Below the pieces are notes generated by a model. That model was not told the origin of the DNA and did not search any database. It was given only the letters and a program-made list of their open reading frames with translations. From the NCBI GenBank assembly GCA_963761175.1, contig CAVXFZ010000010.1:21737-85736 (forward strand): DNA of 64,000 bases, written 5' to 3'. Source of the DNA: an uncultured Actinomycetes bacterium (GTDB lineage Bacteria; Actinomycetota; Acidimicrobiia; IMCC26256; PALSA-610). A program made the position numbers and the translations under genes. How positions within the stretch are numbered: the first letter of the stretch is position 1; every line of letters starts with the position of its first letter. Positions 8,597 to 21,926 of the stretch are shown here, in pieces.

Positions 8597-9316
8597 ATGG
8601 CACGTGAAGACGATCTCCTCCGAACGTTCGTCGAAGTCGCCGACAACCTCGTCGACGACTTCGATCTCGTGGACATGCTGCATCGCCTCGCCTCGCGCTG
8701 CGTCTCCGTCCTCGAGGTCTCGGAGGCCGGCATCATGCTCGCCGACCCCAAGGGGACCCTTCAGTACCTGGCGTCGTCGAGCGACCGGATGCGACTCATC
8801 GAGTTGCTCGAACTGCAACACGCAGAGGGCCCGTGTCTCGACGCGTTCCGATCGGCGCGTGCGGTGCTGTGCCCCGACGTCGAAGCGGCGCGTGACCGTT
8901 GGCCGCACTTCGTCCCGCGAGTGCGAGACGCCGGGTTCCACTCCGTCGCCGCGATTCCGATGCGGTGGCACACCGACATCATCGGTGTCCTCAATCTCTT
9001 CTCGACGAACGCCAACCCGCTCAGCGACCGCGACCAGACGGTCGCGCAGGCGCTCGCCGACATCTCCACGATCAGCATCTTGCAGGCACGCGCGATCCGC
9101 AGCGGCCGCGAGCTCACCGCGCAGCTCCAGAGCGCGCTCGACTCACGCGTCGTGATCGAGCAGGCCAAGGGCATCCTCGCCGAGCACATCAGCGTCTCGG
9201 TCGACGACGCGTTCGAAGTGCTCCGTCGCTTCGCCCGCGGCCACAACCAGCGCATCGGCGCCGTCGCCCGGCGCGTCGTCGACCGGTCGCTCACACCTGA
9301 GGACGTCGTCGGCTGA
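8597..9316 (+). CDS. GAF + ANTAR domain regulator (second, adjacent copy)
   Basis: The start is ATG 8597 (MAREDDLLRTFVEVADNLVDDFDLVDMLHRL). The GAF core has AEGPCLDAF and IIGVLNLFS. The ANTAR segment is LQSALDSRVVIEQAKGILAEHISVSVDDAFEVLRRFARGHNQRIGAVARRVV. Confidence 0.8.
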   Translation: MAREDDLLRTFVEVADNLVDDFDLVDMLHRLASRCVSVLEVSEAGIMLADPKGTLQYLASSSDRMRLIELLELQHAEGPCLDAFRSARAVLCPDVEAARDRWPHFVPRVRDAGFHSVAAIPMRWHTDIIGVLNLFSTNANPLSDRDQTVAQALADISTISILQARAIRSGRELTAQLQSALDSRVVIEQAKGILAEHISVSVDDAFEVLRRFARGHNQRIGAVARRVVDRSLTPEDVVG

Positions 9317-9410
9317 GCCGGGTCGACTCACCCCGACGAAGCGGGCTGCTCGGCGCGGAGATGCACGATCCGGACGCAATGGATGCGACGGATCGGGGTA
9401 CACCCTGCCC

Positions 9411-11954
9411 GTGAGCCCCGTCGAACGCACCATGCGCGAGATCGACGACTTCCAGCAACGCCATCGGCCGCTGGCCTTCGGGTTCGCGGTCGTGAAGAAG
9501 TACGGCGACGACGACGGTGGGCGCCTCGGCGGGCTGATCGCGTTCTACGGATTCTTCTCGCTGTTCCCGCTGCTCCTCGTCTTCGTCAGCGCGCTCGGCT
9601 TCGTCCTCGGGAGCCATCCGCACCTGCGCCAGACGATCGTCGACTCCGCGCTCGGCCAGTTCCCGGTGATCGGACCGTCGCTCGCGAGCCGTGCCCATCT
9701 GCACGGCCTCGAGGGCAACTGGCTGTCGATCGTGATCGGAAGCGTGACCGCGCTGTGGGCCGGGCTCGGCGTCGCCCAGAGCGCGCAGGTCGCGATGAAC
9801 ACCGTCTGGGACGTGCCGCGCGCGCAGTGGCCGAACTTCTTGTCGATGCGAATCCGCGCGATCGGGATGCTCGCGCTGCTCGGCACGCTGACCATCGCGT
9901 CGACGTTCGTGACCGGTTACGGCAGCTCGGGAGTCCTCGACACCGCGTGGTGGCACGCGCTTGCCTGGCTGGTCGGCCTGGCCCTCAACGTCGTGCTGTT
10001 CACGCTCGCATACCAGGTGCTCACGGCGCGCGATCTCCGATGGCGGAACGTTCTGCCCGGTGCGGTGACCGCGGCGGTGCTGTGGACCGCGCTCCAGAAC
10101 GTCGGGGGCTACTACGTCACCCACCAGTTGAAATCGGCGAGCGACGTGTACGGCACCTTCGCGCTCGTGATCGCGCTGCTCGTGTGGATCTCGCTCGGCG
10201 CGCAGGTGACCCTGTTCTGCGCCGAGATCAACGTGGTGCGGTGCCAGCGCCTGTGGCCGCGTTCGCTCGTGCAGCCACCCTTGAACGACGGTGACCGGCG
10301 GGTCTACACCGCGATCGTGGAACGGGCCCGAATGCGGCCGGAAATGGCGGTCAACGTCTCGTTCACGGGAAACCACGAGAAGGGCGCCCGCGGCGACAGC
10401 GGCGCCGAGCCGCTTAGCCGACGGCGTCGCCACGGACTCGTGATCACCGGCGACGAGCCGGAGGCCGCGCCCCGCGAGCACTGGATCGCGCTCACCGTCG
10501 TCTGCCTCTCGGTGCTCGTGATCGTGCTCGACAACACGATCCTCAACGTCGCACTCCCCTCGATCGAACGCAGCCTGCACGCGTCGAGCAGCCAGCTGCA
10601 GTGGACCGTCGACGCGTACACCCTCGTGTTCGCGTCGCTCCTGCTCACCGCGGGGACGCTCGGCGACCGGCACGGCCGGCGCGGCACCCTGATGACCGGG
10701 CTCGCGATCTTCGGCATCGGCTCCGGGCTCGCGGCGTTCGCGCCCAGCGCACCCTGGCTGATCGCGTTCCGTTCGCTGATGGGATTCGGCGCGGCCGCGA
10801 TCTTCCCGACGACGCTGTCGATCATCACGAACATGTTCGAGGGCGCCGAGCGCGGCCGCGCGATCGGGATCTGGGCCGCACTCTCCGGAGTCGGCGTCGC
10901 GCTCGGTCCCATCGTGGGCGGTGTGATGCTCGACCACTGGTGGTGGGGGTCGGTGCTCCTCGTGAACCTGCCGATCGTCGCGCTTTCACTGATCCTCCTG
11001 CCGTTGCTCGTGCCGACGTCGAAGGAGGCACACGCGCCGCCGGTCGACCCACCCGGCGCGGTGCTCTCCGTTGCCGGCCTCACCGCATTGCTCTACGGGA
11101 TCATCCAGGCCCCGCACGACGGCTGGGGCTCCGCGACCGTCACGATCTCGATCGCCGCGGGCATCGCGCTCCTCGCGCTCTTCACGTTCAACGAACGTCG
11201 CAGCGAGCACCCGATGCTGCAGCTTTCGTTCTTCCGGAACGCGCGCTTCTCCGCGGCGTCGATCGCGCTCAGCCTCACGTTCTTCGGACTCTTCGGCTAC
11301 ATCTTCCTGCTCACCCAGTACCTGCAGTTCGTGCGCGGGCTCTCCCCGCTCGGCGCCGGTATCCGCCTGGCCCCGCCCGCGGTCGGGCTCGCCATCGGGG
11401 CGCCGATCGCACCGCGCATCGTCGAACGCATCGGTACGAAGATCGTCGTCACGGTCGGGTTGTCGGTCGCGACCGCCGCGCTCCTCCTGCTCACGCGCAC
11501 GACCGTGCTCGCGCACGACGCATGGCTCGCGCCGTCGTTCATGCTGTTCGGCTTCGGCATGGGCCTGACGATGGCGCCCGCGACGGAGTCGATCATGGGA
11601 TCGGTGCCGCGCAACCGCGCCGGCGTCGGCTCGGCGGTCAACGACACGACCCGCCAGACCGGCGGCGCCCTCGGGGTGGCGGTGCTCGGCAGCCTCTTCG
11701 CGACGAAGTACAACGCGAGCATCGACCACCTGCATCTGCCCGCCAAGACCGCGGGGGTCGCGCGGCAGTCGATCGGCGCGGCACTGCAGCTGGCCCAGAA
11801 ACTGCCAGCCTCCGAACGCGTTCACCTCGTGCAGAGCGCGCAACACGGCTTCCTCGAGGGGATCCAGCTCGCGACCTTCGCGGGCGCCGCGGTCGTCGCG
11901 TGCGCGGCCGTCGTGGTCGCATGCTTCCTACCGGCGCGCGGTGACGACTCCTGA
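9411..11954 (+). CDS. Single ORF fusing a YihY/BrkB-family membrane protein to a 14-TM DHA2-type MFS transporter
   Basis: 847 aa in total. Residues ~1-300 are YihY-like (GGLIAFYGFFSLFPLLLVF ... LVWISLGAQVTLFCAEINVV ... RLWPRSL). A linker of about 45 aa follows. Residues ~345-847 are MFS (VLDNTILNVALPSI, LQWTVDAYTLVFASLLLTAGTLGDRHGRR). There is no in-frame stop between the two parts. Confidence 0.7.
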   Translation: MSPVERTMREIDDFQQRHRPLAFGFAVVKKYGDDDGGRLGGLIAFYGFFSLFPLLLVFVSALGFVLGSHPHLRQTIVDSALGQFPVIGPSLASRAHLHGLEGNWLSIVIGSVTALWAGLGVAQSAQVAMNTVWDVPRAQWPNFLSMRIRAIGMLALLGTLTIASTFVTGYGSSGVLDTAWWHALAWLVGLALNVVLFTLAYQVLTARDLRWRNVLPGAVTAAVLWTALQNVGGYYVTHQLKSASDVYGTFALVIALLVWISLGAQVTLFCAEINVVRCQRLWPRSLVQPPLNDGDRRVYTAIVERARMRPEMAVNVSFTGNHEKGARGDSGAEPLSRRRRHGLVITGDEPEAAPREHWIALTVVCLSVLVIVLDNTILNVALPSIERSLHASSSQLQWTVDAYTLVFASLLLTAGTLGDRHGRRGTLMTGLAIFGIGSGLAAFAPSAPWLIAFRSLMGFGAAAIFPTTLSIITNMFEGAERGRAIGIWAALSGVGVALGPIVGGVMLDHWWWGSVLLVNLPIVALSLILLPLLVPTSKEAHAPPVDPPGAVLSVAGLTALLYGIIQAPHDGWGSATVTISIAAGIALLALFTFNERRSEHPMLQLSFFRNARFSAASIALSLTFFGLFGYIFLLTQYLQFVRGLSPLGAGIRLAPPAVGLAIGAPIAPRIVERIGTKIVVTVGLSVATAALLLLTRTTVLAHDAWLAPSFMLFGFGMGLTMAPATESIMGSVPRNRAGVGSAVNDTTRQTGGALGVAVLGSLFATKYNASIDHLHLPAKTAGVARQSIGAALQLAQKLPASERVHLVQSAQHGFLEGIQLATFAGAAVVACAAVVVACFLPARGDDS

Positions 11955-11983
11955 CCTCACCGTCGCCGCACCCTTGGGACGCA

Positions 11984-12589
11984 CTACGCCGATCGGCGCA
12001 GGGTGCGCGTGACCTCGTCGAGGTCGTGCGGTTTGCGCACCGCGAGCGCCGCGGCATCCGAGAGCGTCGTCGCCACGCGGTCGGAATCGTTCCAGACCGC
12101 GAGCCAGACGGGCCCCGCGGGCGCGTCCTCGAACGTGAGGAGCCACGACTCCGAGAAGCCGGTGCCCCGCTCGACACCGACGAGCGCGCCGGCCATCGAG
12201 CCGAGAAGGATGCCGCCGACGATGCAACCCGCGAAAACGGCCCAGCCGTTGCTGCTCACGAAGGCGGCGATGATCGCGCCCACGATCGCACCGATGAGCG
12301 CACCTGCGGCCGAGCCGGCCACGGTGCCGCTCACGGCGCGACCCGCGACGACGCGCCCCATCCGGCGGTCGGCCGACGCGAGGCGCTGGGATTCGCGTGC
12401 ACTCTGCGCGCGATCACCGACGAGCGACACGTCGACGCCGTCGACGCCGCTGCTCTCCAAGGCGAGGATCACTGCTCGCGCGTCGGCGAGCGACGCGAAC
12501 TGCGCCAGGTACGCGGGAAGGCCCCGCCGATCTTCGAACCCTTGGGCACCCGGCGCGGCATGACGATTGCTGGGCTCCCTCGCGCTCAT
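11984..12589 (-). CDS. Hypothetical membrane protein with central glycine-zipper segment
   Basis: 201-aa ORF with balanced composition. The central segment GTVAGSAAGALIGAIVGAIIAAFVSSNGWAVFAGCIVGGILLGSMAGALVG is flanked by two soluble regions. It resembles small stress-associated membrane proteins, but the family is not firmly recognised. Confidence 0.5.
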   Translation of the reverse strand: MSAREPSNRHAAPGAQGFEDRRGLPAYLAQFASLADARAVILALESSGVDGVDVSLVGDRAQSARESQRLASADRRMGRVVAGRAVSGTVAGSAAGALIGAIVGAIIAAFVSSNGWAVFAGCIVGGILLGSMAGALVGVERGTGFSESWLLTFEDAPAGPVWLAVWNDSDRVATTLSDAAALAVRKPHDLDEVTRTLRRSA

Positions 12590-12705
12590 CGGCGCTCACT
12601 CCTTCACGTGCGATTCGGAGACGTTGTACCCATGGCGACGGGTTTCCACGCCGCCGCCGTGCCGCCGTCGACCGATCTCGATGCAGACCGGTGGGTAGAA
12701 GCGCG

Positions 12706-12921
12706 TTGAGCGCCCCATGCACGAACCACAGGAGGAAGACATGCGTTGCGCATGTACAAAACGCCATCGCCCGCTTCGACCAGGTGGAAGGTGTGTCCGA
12801 CGCGCAACGTGACCACGCGTGGAAGCGGATCGTCGCCGCCGCGAAGAAGCACGGCATCGAGGTGTCGGAGCACGACTGGCGCGAGCTCTGCGAGGGGGGC
12901 AAGGAACGGAAGAAGAACTGA
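12706..12921 (+). CDS. Small conserved-looking protein, start unresolved (possibly truncated or frame-shifted)
   Basis: The C-terminal HVQNAIARFDQVEGVSDAQRDHAWKRIVAAAKKHGIEVSEHDWREL resembles a recurrent small actinobacterial protein motif (HVRNALARFNQ...). The only in-frame start nearby is TTG 12706. A strong GGAGGA + ATG (12731-12743) sits in a different frame. Confidence 0.3.
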   Translation: MSAPCTNHRRKTCVAHVQNAIARFDQVEGVSDAQRDHAWKRIVAAAKKHGIEVSEHDWRELCEGGKERKKN

Positions 12922-13020
12922 CCGCGCGGGGCTCCGGCGCACGCGGCACACCCGCGCATCGTTGCGCGGGTGTGCACGCGACCGGTACCGCAGCGCCGAC
13001 CGCAAGGGCGAGCCGCGCGC

Positions 13021-14784
13021 TTAGACCCGCAGCTCGTCGAGCTTGTCACGCAGCAGCGTCGATGCCATGGTCGCCTTGTGCGGTTGACCGCGGAACCACG
13101 CCTGCGCGAACGACTTCGCCTGGTCGTAGGAGACCTTGCCCGGCAGTGGCGGCTCGTCGGGGTTGACGACCACGTCGAGCAGCGCGGGCCCCGGGTGCGC
13201 GAACGTCTCCTTGACGGCCGCCTCCAGGTCGGCGACGTGCTCGACGCGGATGCCGAGGCCGCCGCACGCCTGCGCCCACGGCGCGAAGTCGTTCACGTGC
13301 CCGAAACGCACCCCGTACTCGGGATACCCGAGCACCATCTGCTCCCAGAGGATCTGTCCGAGCTCACCGTTGTTGCAGACGAACACCTTCACCGGCAGTC
13401 CGGCGCGACACGCAGTGTTGAACTCGGCCATCAGCATCGCGAAGCCGCCGTCACCGACGAACGCGATGCACTGCCGACCGGGATACGCGTGCTGCGCGGC
13501 GATCGCGTACGGGAGGCCGGGCGCCATCGTCGCGAGGTTGCCCGAAAGCAGGTACTGGCGGTCACCGCGGATGTCGAAATGGCGCGCCGACCACGTCGCG
13601 ATCGTCCCGGAGTCGGAGGTGAGGATGGCGTCGTCGGCCGCGTGGCGGTCGATGAGTCGCATCAGGTACTGAGGCTGGATCGGATCACGCTCGGACGACT
13701 CCAGCGCCATCATCCGAACGCGCCAGTCGCGCATTCCGTCCTGCGCCTCCTGGAGGAACGCGCGGTCGGTCTTGCGCTGGAGGAGTGGCACGAGCGCGGC
13801 GAGCGTCTCCCGCGCGTCGCCCACGATCGGGACGTCGGTGGAGACTCGGGTACCGACGATCGCGGGATCGATGTCGATCTGCACCGTGCGCGCCTGGCCC
13901 GGCGCAGGAAGGTGTTTCGTGTAGGGGAAGTTGGTTCCCACCATCAGGAGCGTGTCGCACTCCTCGACAGCCCGCTCCGACGGCTTCGTGCCGAGCAGCC
14001 CGAGCCCTCCGGTCGTGAGTGGGTGATCGTCGGGGACGACCGCCTTGCCCGGCAACGTCTTGATGATCGGGCTGGCCAGCTTCTCGGCGACCGCGAGCAC
14101 CTCGGCGCGAGCCCCCAACGCGCCCGCACCGACGAGCATCGCGATCTTGGCGCCGTCGTTCAGCACGGACGCGGCCGCCGCGATGTCGGCATCGCGCGCC
14201 GCACCCGGCGCCGCGAGGTACACCGGCGCGGTGTTCGGCGCGCGCGCCGGCGCGACCTCCGCCCACGGATTGGCGTCGGCCGGCGCGACCTGCAAGTCGT
14301 TCGGGAACGTGAGGTGCGACACGGTGCGGTGCGCGAGCGAGTGGCGCACCGCGTTGTCGACGAGCGTCGGGATGTGCGAAGGCACCAGGATCATCTGGTT
14401 GTACTCCGCGACGTCCATGAACAGGCGCTCGAGGTGAACCTCCTGCTGGTAGCCGGTGCCGAGGAGCTGCGTCTCCTGCATACCGGTGAGCGCGAGCACC
14501 GGCTGGTGGTCGAGCTTCGCGTCGTACAGGCCGTTGAGCAGGTGGATCCCACCCGGACCCGACGTCGCGAGGCACACGCCGAGGCCGCCGGTGGTCTTCG
14601 CGTACGCACACGCCATGAACGCCGCGGCTTCTTCGTGGTGCACCAGCACGAACTCGATGCGATCACGGTGACGCCGCAGGGCCTCCATGATGCCGTTGAT
14701 GCCGTCGCCGGGAAGACCGAACACCGTGTCGACGCCCCATTCGACCAGGCGTTCTACCAACAACTCGGATGCGATCTTCTCCAT
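13021..14784 (-). CDS. Thiamine-pyrophosphate-dependent pyruvate oxidase/dehydrogenase (PoxB/Pqo-like family)
   Basis: ATG 14784 is preceded by GGGAGG. The sequence MEKIASELLVERLVEWGVDTVFGLPGDGINGIMEAL...HEEAAAFMACAYAKTTGGLGVCLATSGPGGIHLLNGLYDA and the TPP-binding GDGGFAML...NNGELG are typical of the family. Confidence 0.85.
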   Translation of the reverse strand: MEKIASELLVERLVEWGVDTVFGLPGDGINGIMEALRRHRDRIEFVLVHHEEAAAFMACAYAKTTGGLGVCLATSGPGGIHLLNGLYDAKLDHQPVLALTGMQETQLLGTGYQQEVHLERLFMDVAEYNQMILVPSHIPTLVDNAVRHSLAHRTVSHLTFPNDLQVAPADANPWAEVAPARAPNTAPVYLAAPGAARDADIAAAASVLNDGAKIAMLVGAGALGARAEVLAVAEKLASPIIKTLPGKAVVPDDHPLTTGGLGLLGTKPSERAVEECDTLLMVGTNFPYTKHLPAPGQARTVQIDIDPAIVGTRVSTDVPIVGDARETLAALVPLLQRKTDRAFLQEAQDGMRDWRVRMMALESSERDPIQPQYLMRLIDRHAADDAILTSDSGTIATWSARHFDIRGDRQYLLSGNLATMAPGLPYAIAAQHAYPGRQCIAFVGDGGFAMLMAEFNTACRAGLPVKVFVCNNGELGQILWEQMVLGYPEYGVRFGHVNDFAPWAQACGGLGIRVEHVADLEAAVKETFAHPGPALLDVVVNPDEPPLPGKVSYDQAKSFAQAWFRGQPHKATMASTLLRDKLDELRV

Positions 14785-14906
14785 GGGCTCGCCTCCCGAC
14801 AGGTCGTGCCGCGACGCTCGACAACGGTCGCGGCCACCCATCAGGTGTGCCCGCACGCGGGGGGATCCATGCACCGAGCCGGTCGCGCCGTCGCCGCGCG
14901 CGGGTG

Positions 14907-16322
14907 TCAGCCGACCAACGCGGCGAGGAAGTCACGCGCCCACGCGTGGACGTCGCGCCGCCGCACGATGCGGCGCAGCCGGCGCATCCGCGCCTTCGCC
15001 TCGGCGGGATCGAGGTCGATCGCGAGCTGGATCGCGTCCTTGATGCCGTCGAGATCGTGGGGATTCACGAGGATCGCGCCGCGCAGTTCGGCGGCCGCGC
15101 CCGCGAACTCGCTGAGGATCAGGCACCCGGTGGCGTCGGAGCGGCACGCGACGTACTCCTTCGCGACGAGGTTCATCCCGTCGCGAAGTGGCGTCACGAG
15201 CATGAGGTCGGCGGCGACGTACAGCGCGACGAGCTCCTCGAACGGCACGCTCTGGTACAGGTAGTGGATCGCGGGCTGACCGACGCTCGCGAACTCGCCG
15301 TTGACCTCGCTGACAAGCCGCTCGAGCCCCTCCCGCTCGCGCTGGTAGTGCGGATCGAGCGCGCGGCTCGGAACTGCGATCTGCACCATCACGTGTTTCG
15401 GCGGCACGAGCACCGACTCCGAGAAGAGCTCGGCGATCGCCTTCATGCGGTGGTCGATGCCCTTCGTGTAGTCGAGCCGGTCGACCCCGAGCATCATGAA
15501 CTCGGGATCACCGAGGTCGTGACGGATCTCGTGCGCGCGTGCCTGGATCGCGGGATCGGCCACGCGCTCGACGAAGCCCGCGGTGTCGATCGAGATCGGG
15601 AATGCACCGACGCGCACCAGGCGCCCTTCGAAGGTGAGAAGGCTGTTGGTACCGGTCGCGCCCACGACGCCGCGAGCGAGGTGCGCGAAGTTCGACGCCG
15701 CGCCCGGCAGCTGGAACCCGACGAGGTCCGCGCCGAGGAGTCCTTCGAGCACCTTGCGCCGCCACGGGAGCTGCATGAAGAGCTCGCGCGGCGGAAACGG
15801 GATGTGGAGGAAGAACCCGATCTTCACGTCGGGCCGGAGGCGACGCAAGAGCTGCGGCACGAGCTGCAGCTGGTAGTCGTGGATCCAGACCGTCGCGCCC
15901 GGCGCCGCCGCATCCGCGGCCGCCGCCGCGTAGCGCTCGTTGACCGCGACGTACGCGTGCCACCACTCACGATGGAACGCAGCCGACCGGATGCCGTCGT
16001 GGTACAGCGGCCACAACGTCGCGTTCGCGAAGCCGAGGTAGAACTCCTCGTACTCCGACTGCTCGATCGTGATCGCGCGCAGCCGGATCCCTTCGTGCAC
16101 GTCGGGGACGCGTGCCGCGCCCGGCGAACCGGACCATCCAATCCACGTTCCGCCCTGTTCGCGCAGCACCGGCAAGAGCGCCGACACCAGGCCACCAGGA
16201 CTGGTGCTCCAGCGCGTCTCCTCGCCGTCGGCCGTCGCGCGGATCGGAAGCCGGTTTGCGACGACCACGAGTGCGGCCGCCGCCCGCTCGTCTGGCACCC
16301 GCTTCGTCGACCCCATCGCCAC
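14907..16322 (-). CDS. otsA: Trehalose-6-phosphate synthase (GT20)
   Basis: 471-aa ORF with LVVVANRLP, SPGGLVSAL, FANATLWPLYHD, IHDYQLQLVP, FFLHIPFP and LVTPLRDGMNLVAKEY. The start is GTG 16322 or ATG 16316. Confidence 0.9.
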   Translation of the reverse strand: MAMGSTKRVPDERAAAALVVVANRLPIRATADGEETRWSTSPGGLVSALLPVLREQGGTWIGWSGSPGAARVPDVHEGIRLRAITIEQSEYEEFYLGFANATLWPLYHDGIRSAAFHREWWHAYVAVNERYAAAAADAAAPGATVWIHDYQLQLVPQLLRRLRPDVKIGFFLHIPFPPRELFMQLPWRRKVLEGLLGADLVGFQLPGAASNFAHLARGVVGATGTNSLLTFEGRLVRVGAFPISIDTAGFVERVADPAIQARAHEIRHDLGDPEFMMLGVDRLDYTKGIDHRMKAIAELFSESVLVPPKHVMVQIAVPSRALDPHYQREREGLERLVSEVNGEFASVGQPAIHYLYQSVPFEELVALYVAADLMLVTPLRDGMNLVAKEYVACRSDATGCLILSEFAGAAAELRGAILVNPHDLDGIKDAIQLAIDLDPAEAKARMRRLRRIVRRRDVHAWARDFLAALVG

Positions 16323-16534
16323 CGCGTTCCTCGTCTCGACCCCCGTACCTGACGGCCGAGACTTGCCCGAGCCGCGTTCCCGACAAACCCGCGCGCCTCG
16401 GCCTCACCACCCGCGCGCCCCCGAAGGTTCGCGCGTCGCAGCAGGCGACGCACAGGAACCGCCAAACGGCGCGTTCGACGCGAACCAGACCGACGATTAC
16501 GTTCGGCCCCATCACGGGTAGACCAAGCGCGGCG

Positions 16535-18505
16535 ATGACCACCATCCGCGGGAGGTTGCGATCGTTGCCGTTCTCTGACGATCCTGCGCGAATCGCCGTC
16601 GAGGCGGTCAGTCCCGACGCGGAACACGGTCGATTCCCGGTGAAGCGGATCGTCGGCGACGAGGTGCGCGTCGAAGCCGACGTCTTCACGCACGGGGCCG
16701 ACGTCCTCGGCTGCCTGCTCGAGCACCGGCACGACCGGGAGAACCGGTGGCACGCCGGTCGCATGATGCCGATGCTCAACGACCGCTATGACGGGACGTT
16801 CGTCGTCTCCCAGCTCGGTCGCCACGAGCTGCGCATCGTCGCGTGGATCGATCGGCTCGCGACCTGGCGCCGCGATCTCGAGCGGCGCCTCGATGCCGGC
16901 GTCGACGTGACCCCCGAGCTCGAAGACGGCGCGCGGATCGCCGAACACGTCGCGAAGCACGCCGACGACAGGGCCGCGGTCGAACTGCGCGGCGGGCGCG
17001 AACCAGCTCCGTCAGGGTGTGCACCGTTGGACGCTCGGCATCCTGGCGCGGATGTGCGAGCTCGCGGCGTCGATCCCCGACCCCGAATCGGTCGTCGTCG
17101 TCGACACGCTGTCGCCCCTCGTCGTCGAGCGCGAACGGGCCGGATTCTCGAGCTGGTACGAGCTCTTCCCGCGCTCCGCGTCGCCCGACCCGGCTCGTCC
17201 GGGCACGCTCGCCGACGTCGAACGCCACCTCCCGTACGTGGCGGATCTCGGCTTCGACGTGCTGTACCTGCCGCCGGTGCATCCGATCGGCGCGACGAAC
17301 CGCAAGGGCGCGAACAACGCGGTCGTCGCAGAACCGGGCGACCCAGGAAGCCCGTGGGCGATCGGCAGCGGCGGCGGCGGCCACACCGCGGTCGACCCCG
17401 CACTGGGCACGGTCGGCGACGTCGAGCGCCTGGCGCGCGCGGCGCGCAACCACGACATCGAGCTCGCGCTCGACCTCGCGTTCCAGTGCTCACCCGACCA
17501 TCCGTGGGTCTCCGAGCATCCGGACTGGTTCCTGCACCGCGCCGACGGCACGATTCGATTCGCGGAGAACCCTCCCAAGCGCTACGAAGACATCTACCCG
17601 ATCGACTTCGACTGCGACGACCGCATCGGCCTCTGGAACGCGCTCCTCGACGTCGTGCGGTTCTGGATGGCGCGGGGCATCCGCATCTTCCGGGTCGACA
17701 ACCCGCACACGAAGCCGTTCCCGTTCTGGGAGTGGCTGATCGCCGAGGTGCAGCGCGACGACCCCGACGTGATCTTCCTCTCCGAGGCCTTCACGCGCCC
17801 GAAGGTGATGAACCGGCTCGCGAAGCTCGGGTTCTCGCAGTCGTACACCTACTTCACGTGGCGCAACACGAAGTGGGAGCTCGAGACCTACTTCACCGAA
17901 CTGACACGCGGTCCCGAACGCGACTGGTTCCGGCCGAACGCGTGGACGAACACGCCCGACATCCTTCCGATGTCGTTGCAGCAGGGCACGCGCGCCACCT
18001 TCATGGCCCGCCTGCTCCTCGCGGCCGGTTTGAGCGCGAACTACGGCATCTACGGGCCGGTCTTCGAGCTCATGGAACAGACGCCGCGCGAGCCCGGGAG
18101 CGAGGAGTACCTGCGCTCCGAGAAGTACGAGGTGCGGCACTGGGACGTCAGTCGACCCGGCAGCCTTCGATACTTCATCGCGCTCGTGAACCGCGTCCGC
18201 CGCCGCCATCCCGCACTGCACCGCAACGACTCGCTGCGCTTCCACTCGGTCGACAACGAACAGCTCATCTGCTGGAGCAAGCGCCGCGGCACCGACGTCG
18301 TGGTGATGGTGGTGAACCTCGACGCGCAGCACGTGCAATCGGGGTGGATCGACCTCGACCTCGCGGCGCTGGGGATCGACGCGGCTCGCCCCTTCGTCGC
18401 GCACGACGTGCTCACCAATGCCCGATACGAGTGGCTCGGCGGGCACAACTTCGTCCGCCTCGATCCGGCATCGGTACCGGGCCACGTCCTCGTGCTGGGC
18501 GAGCG

Positions 18506-18509
<4 letters not shown>
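16535..18509 (+). pseudogene. glgE: Alpha-1,4-glucan:maltose-1-phosphate maltosyltransferase GlgE, reading frame broken once (or assembly indel)
   Basis: The N-domain (MTTIRGRL...FPVKRIVGDEVRVEADVF...IVAWIDRLATWRRDLERRLDAGVDV..ELEDGARIAEHV) is in frame 2 from ATG 16535. The catalytic body (FSSWYELFPRS, LGFDVLYLPPVHPIG, FRVDNPHTKPFPFWEW) is in frame 3 and ends at TGA 18509. The 1975-nt span is not a multiple of 3. I infer the switch lies in ctgcgcggcgggcgcgaac, about 16985-17003. Confidence 0.8.
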
Positions 18510-21922
<3,413 letters not shown>

Positions 21923-21926
<4 letters not shown>

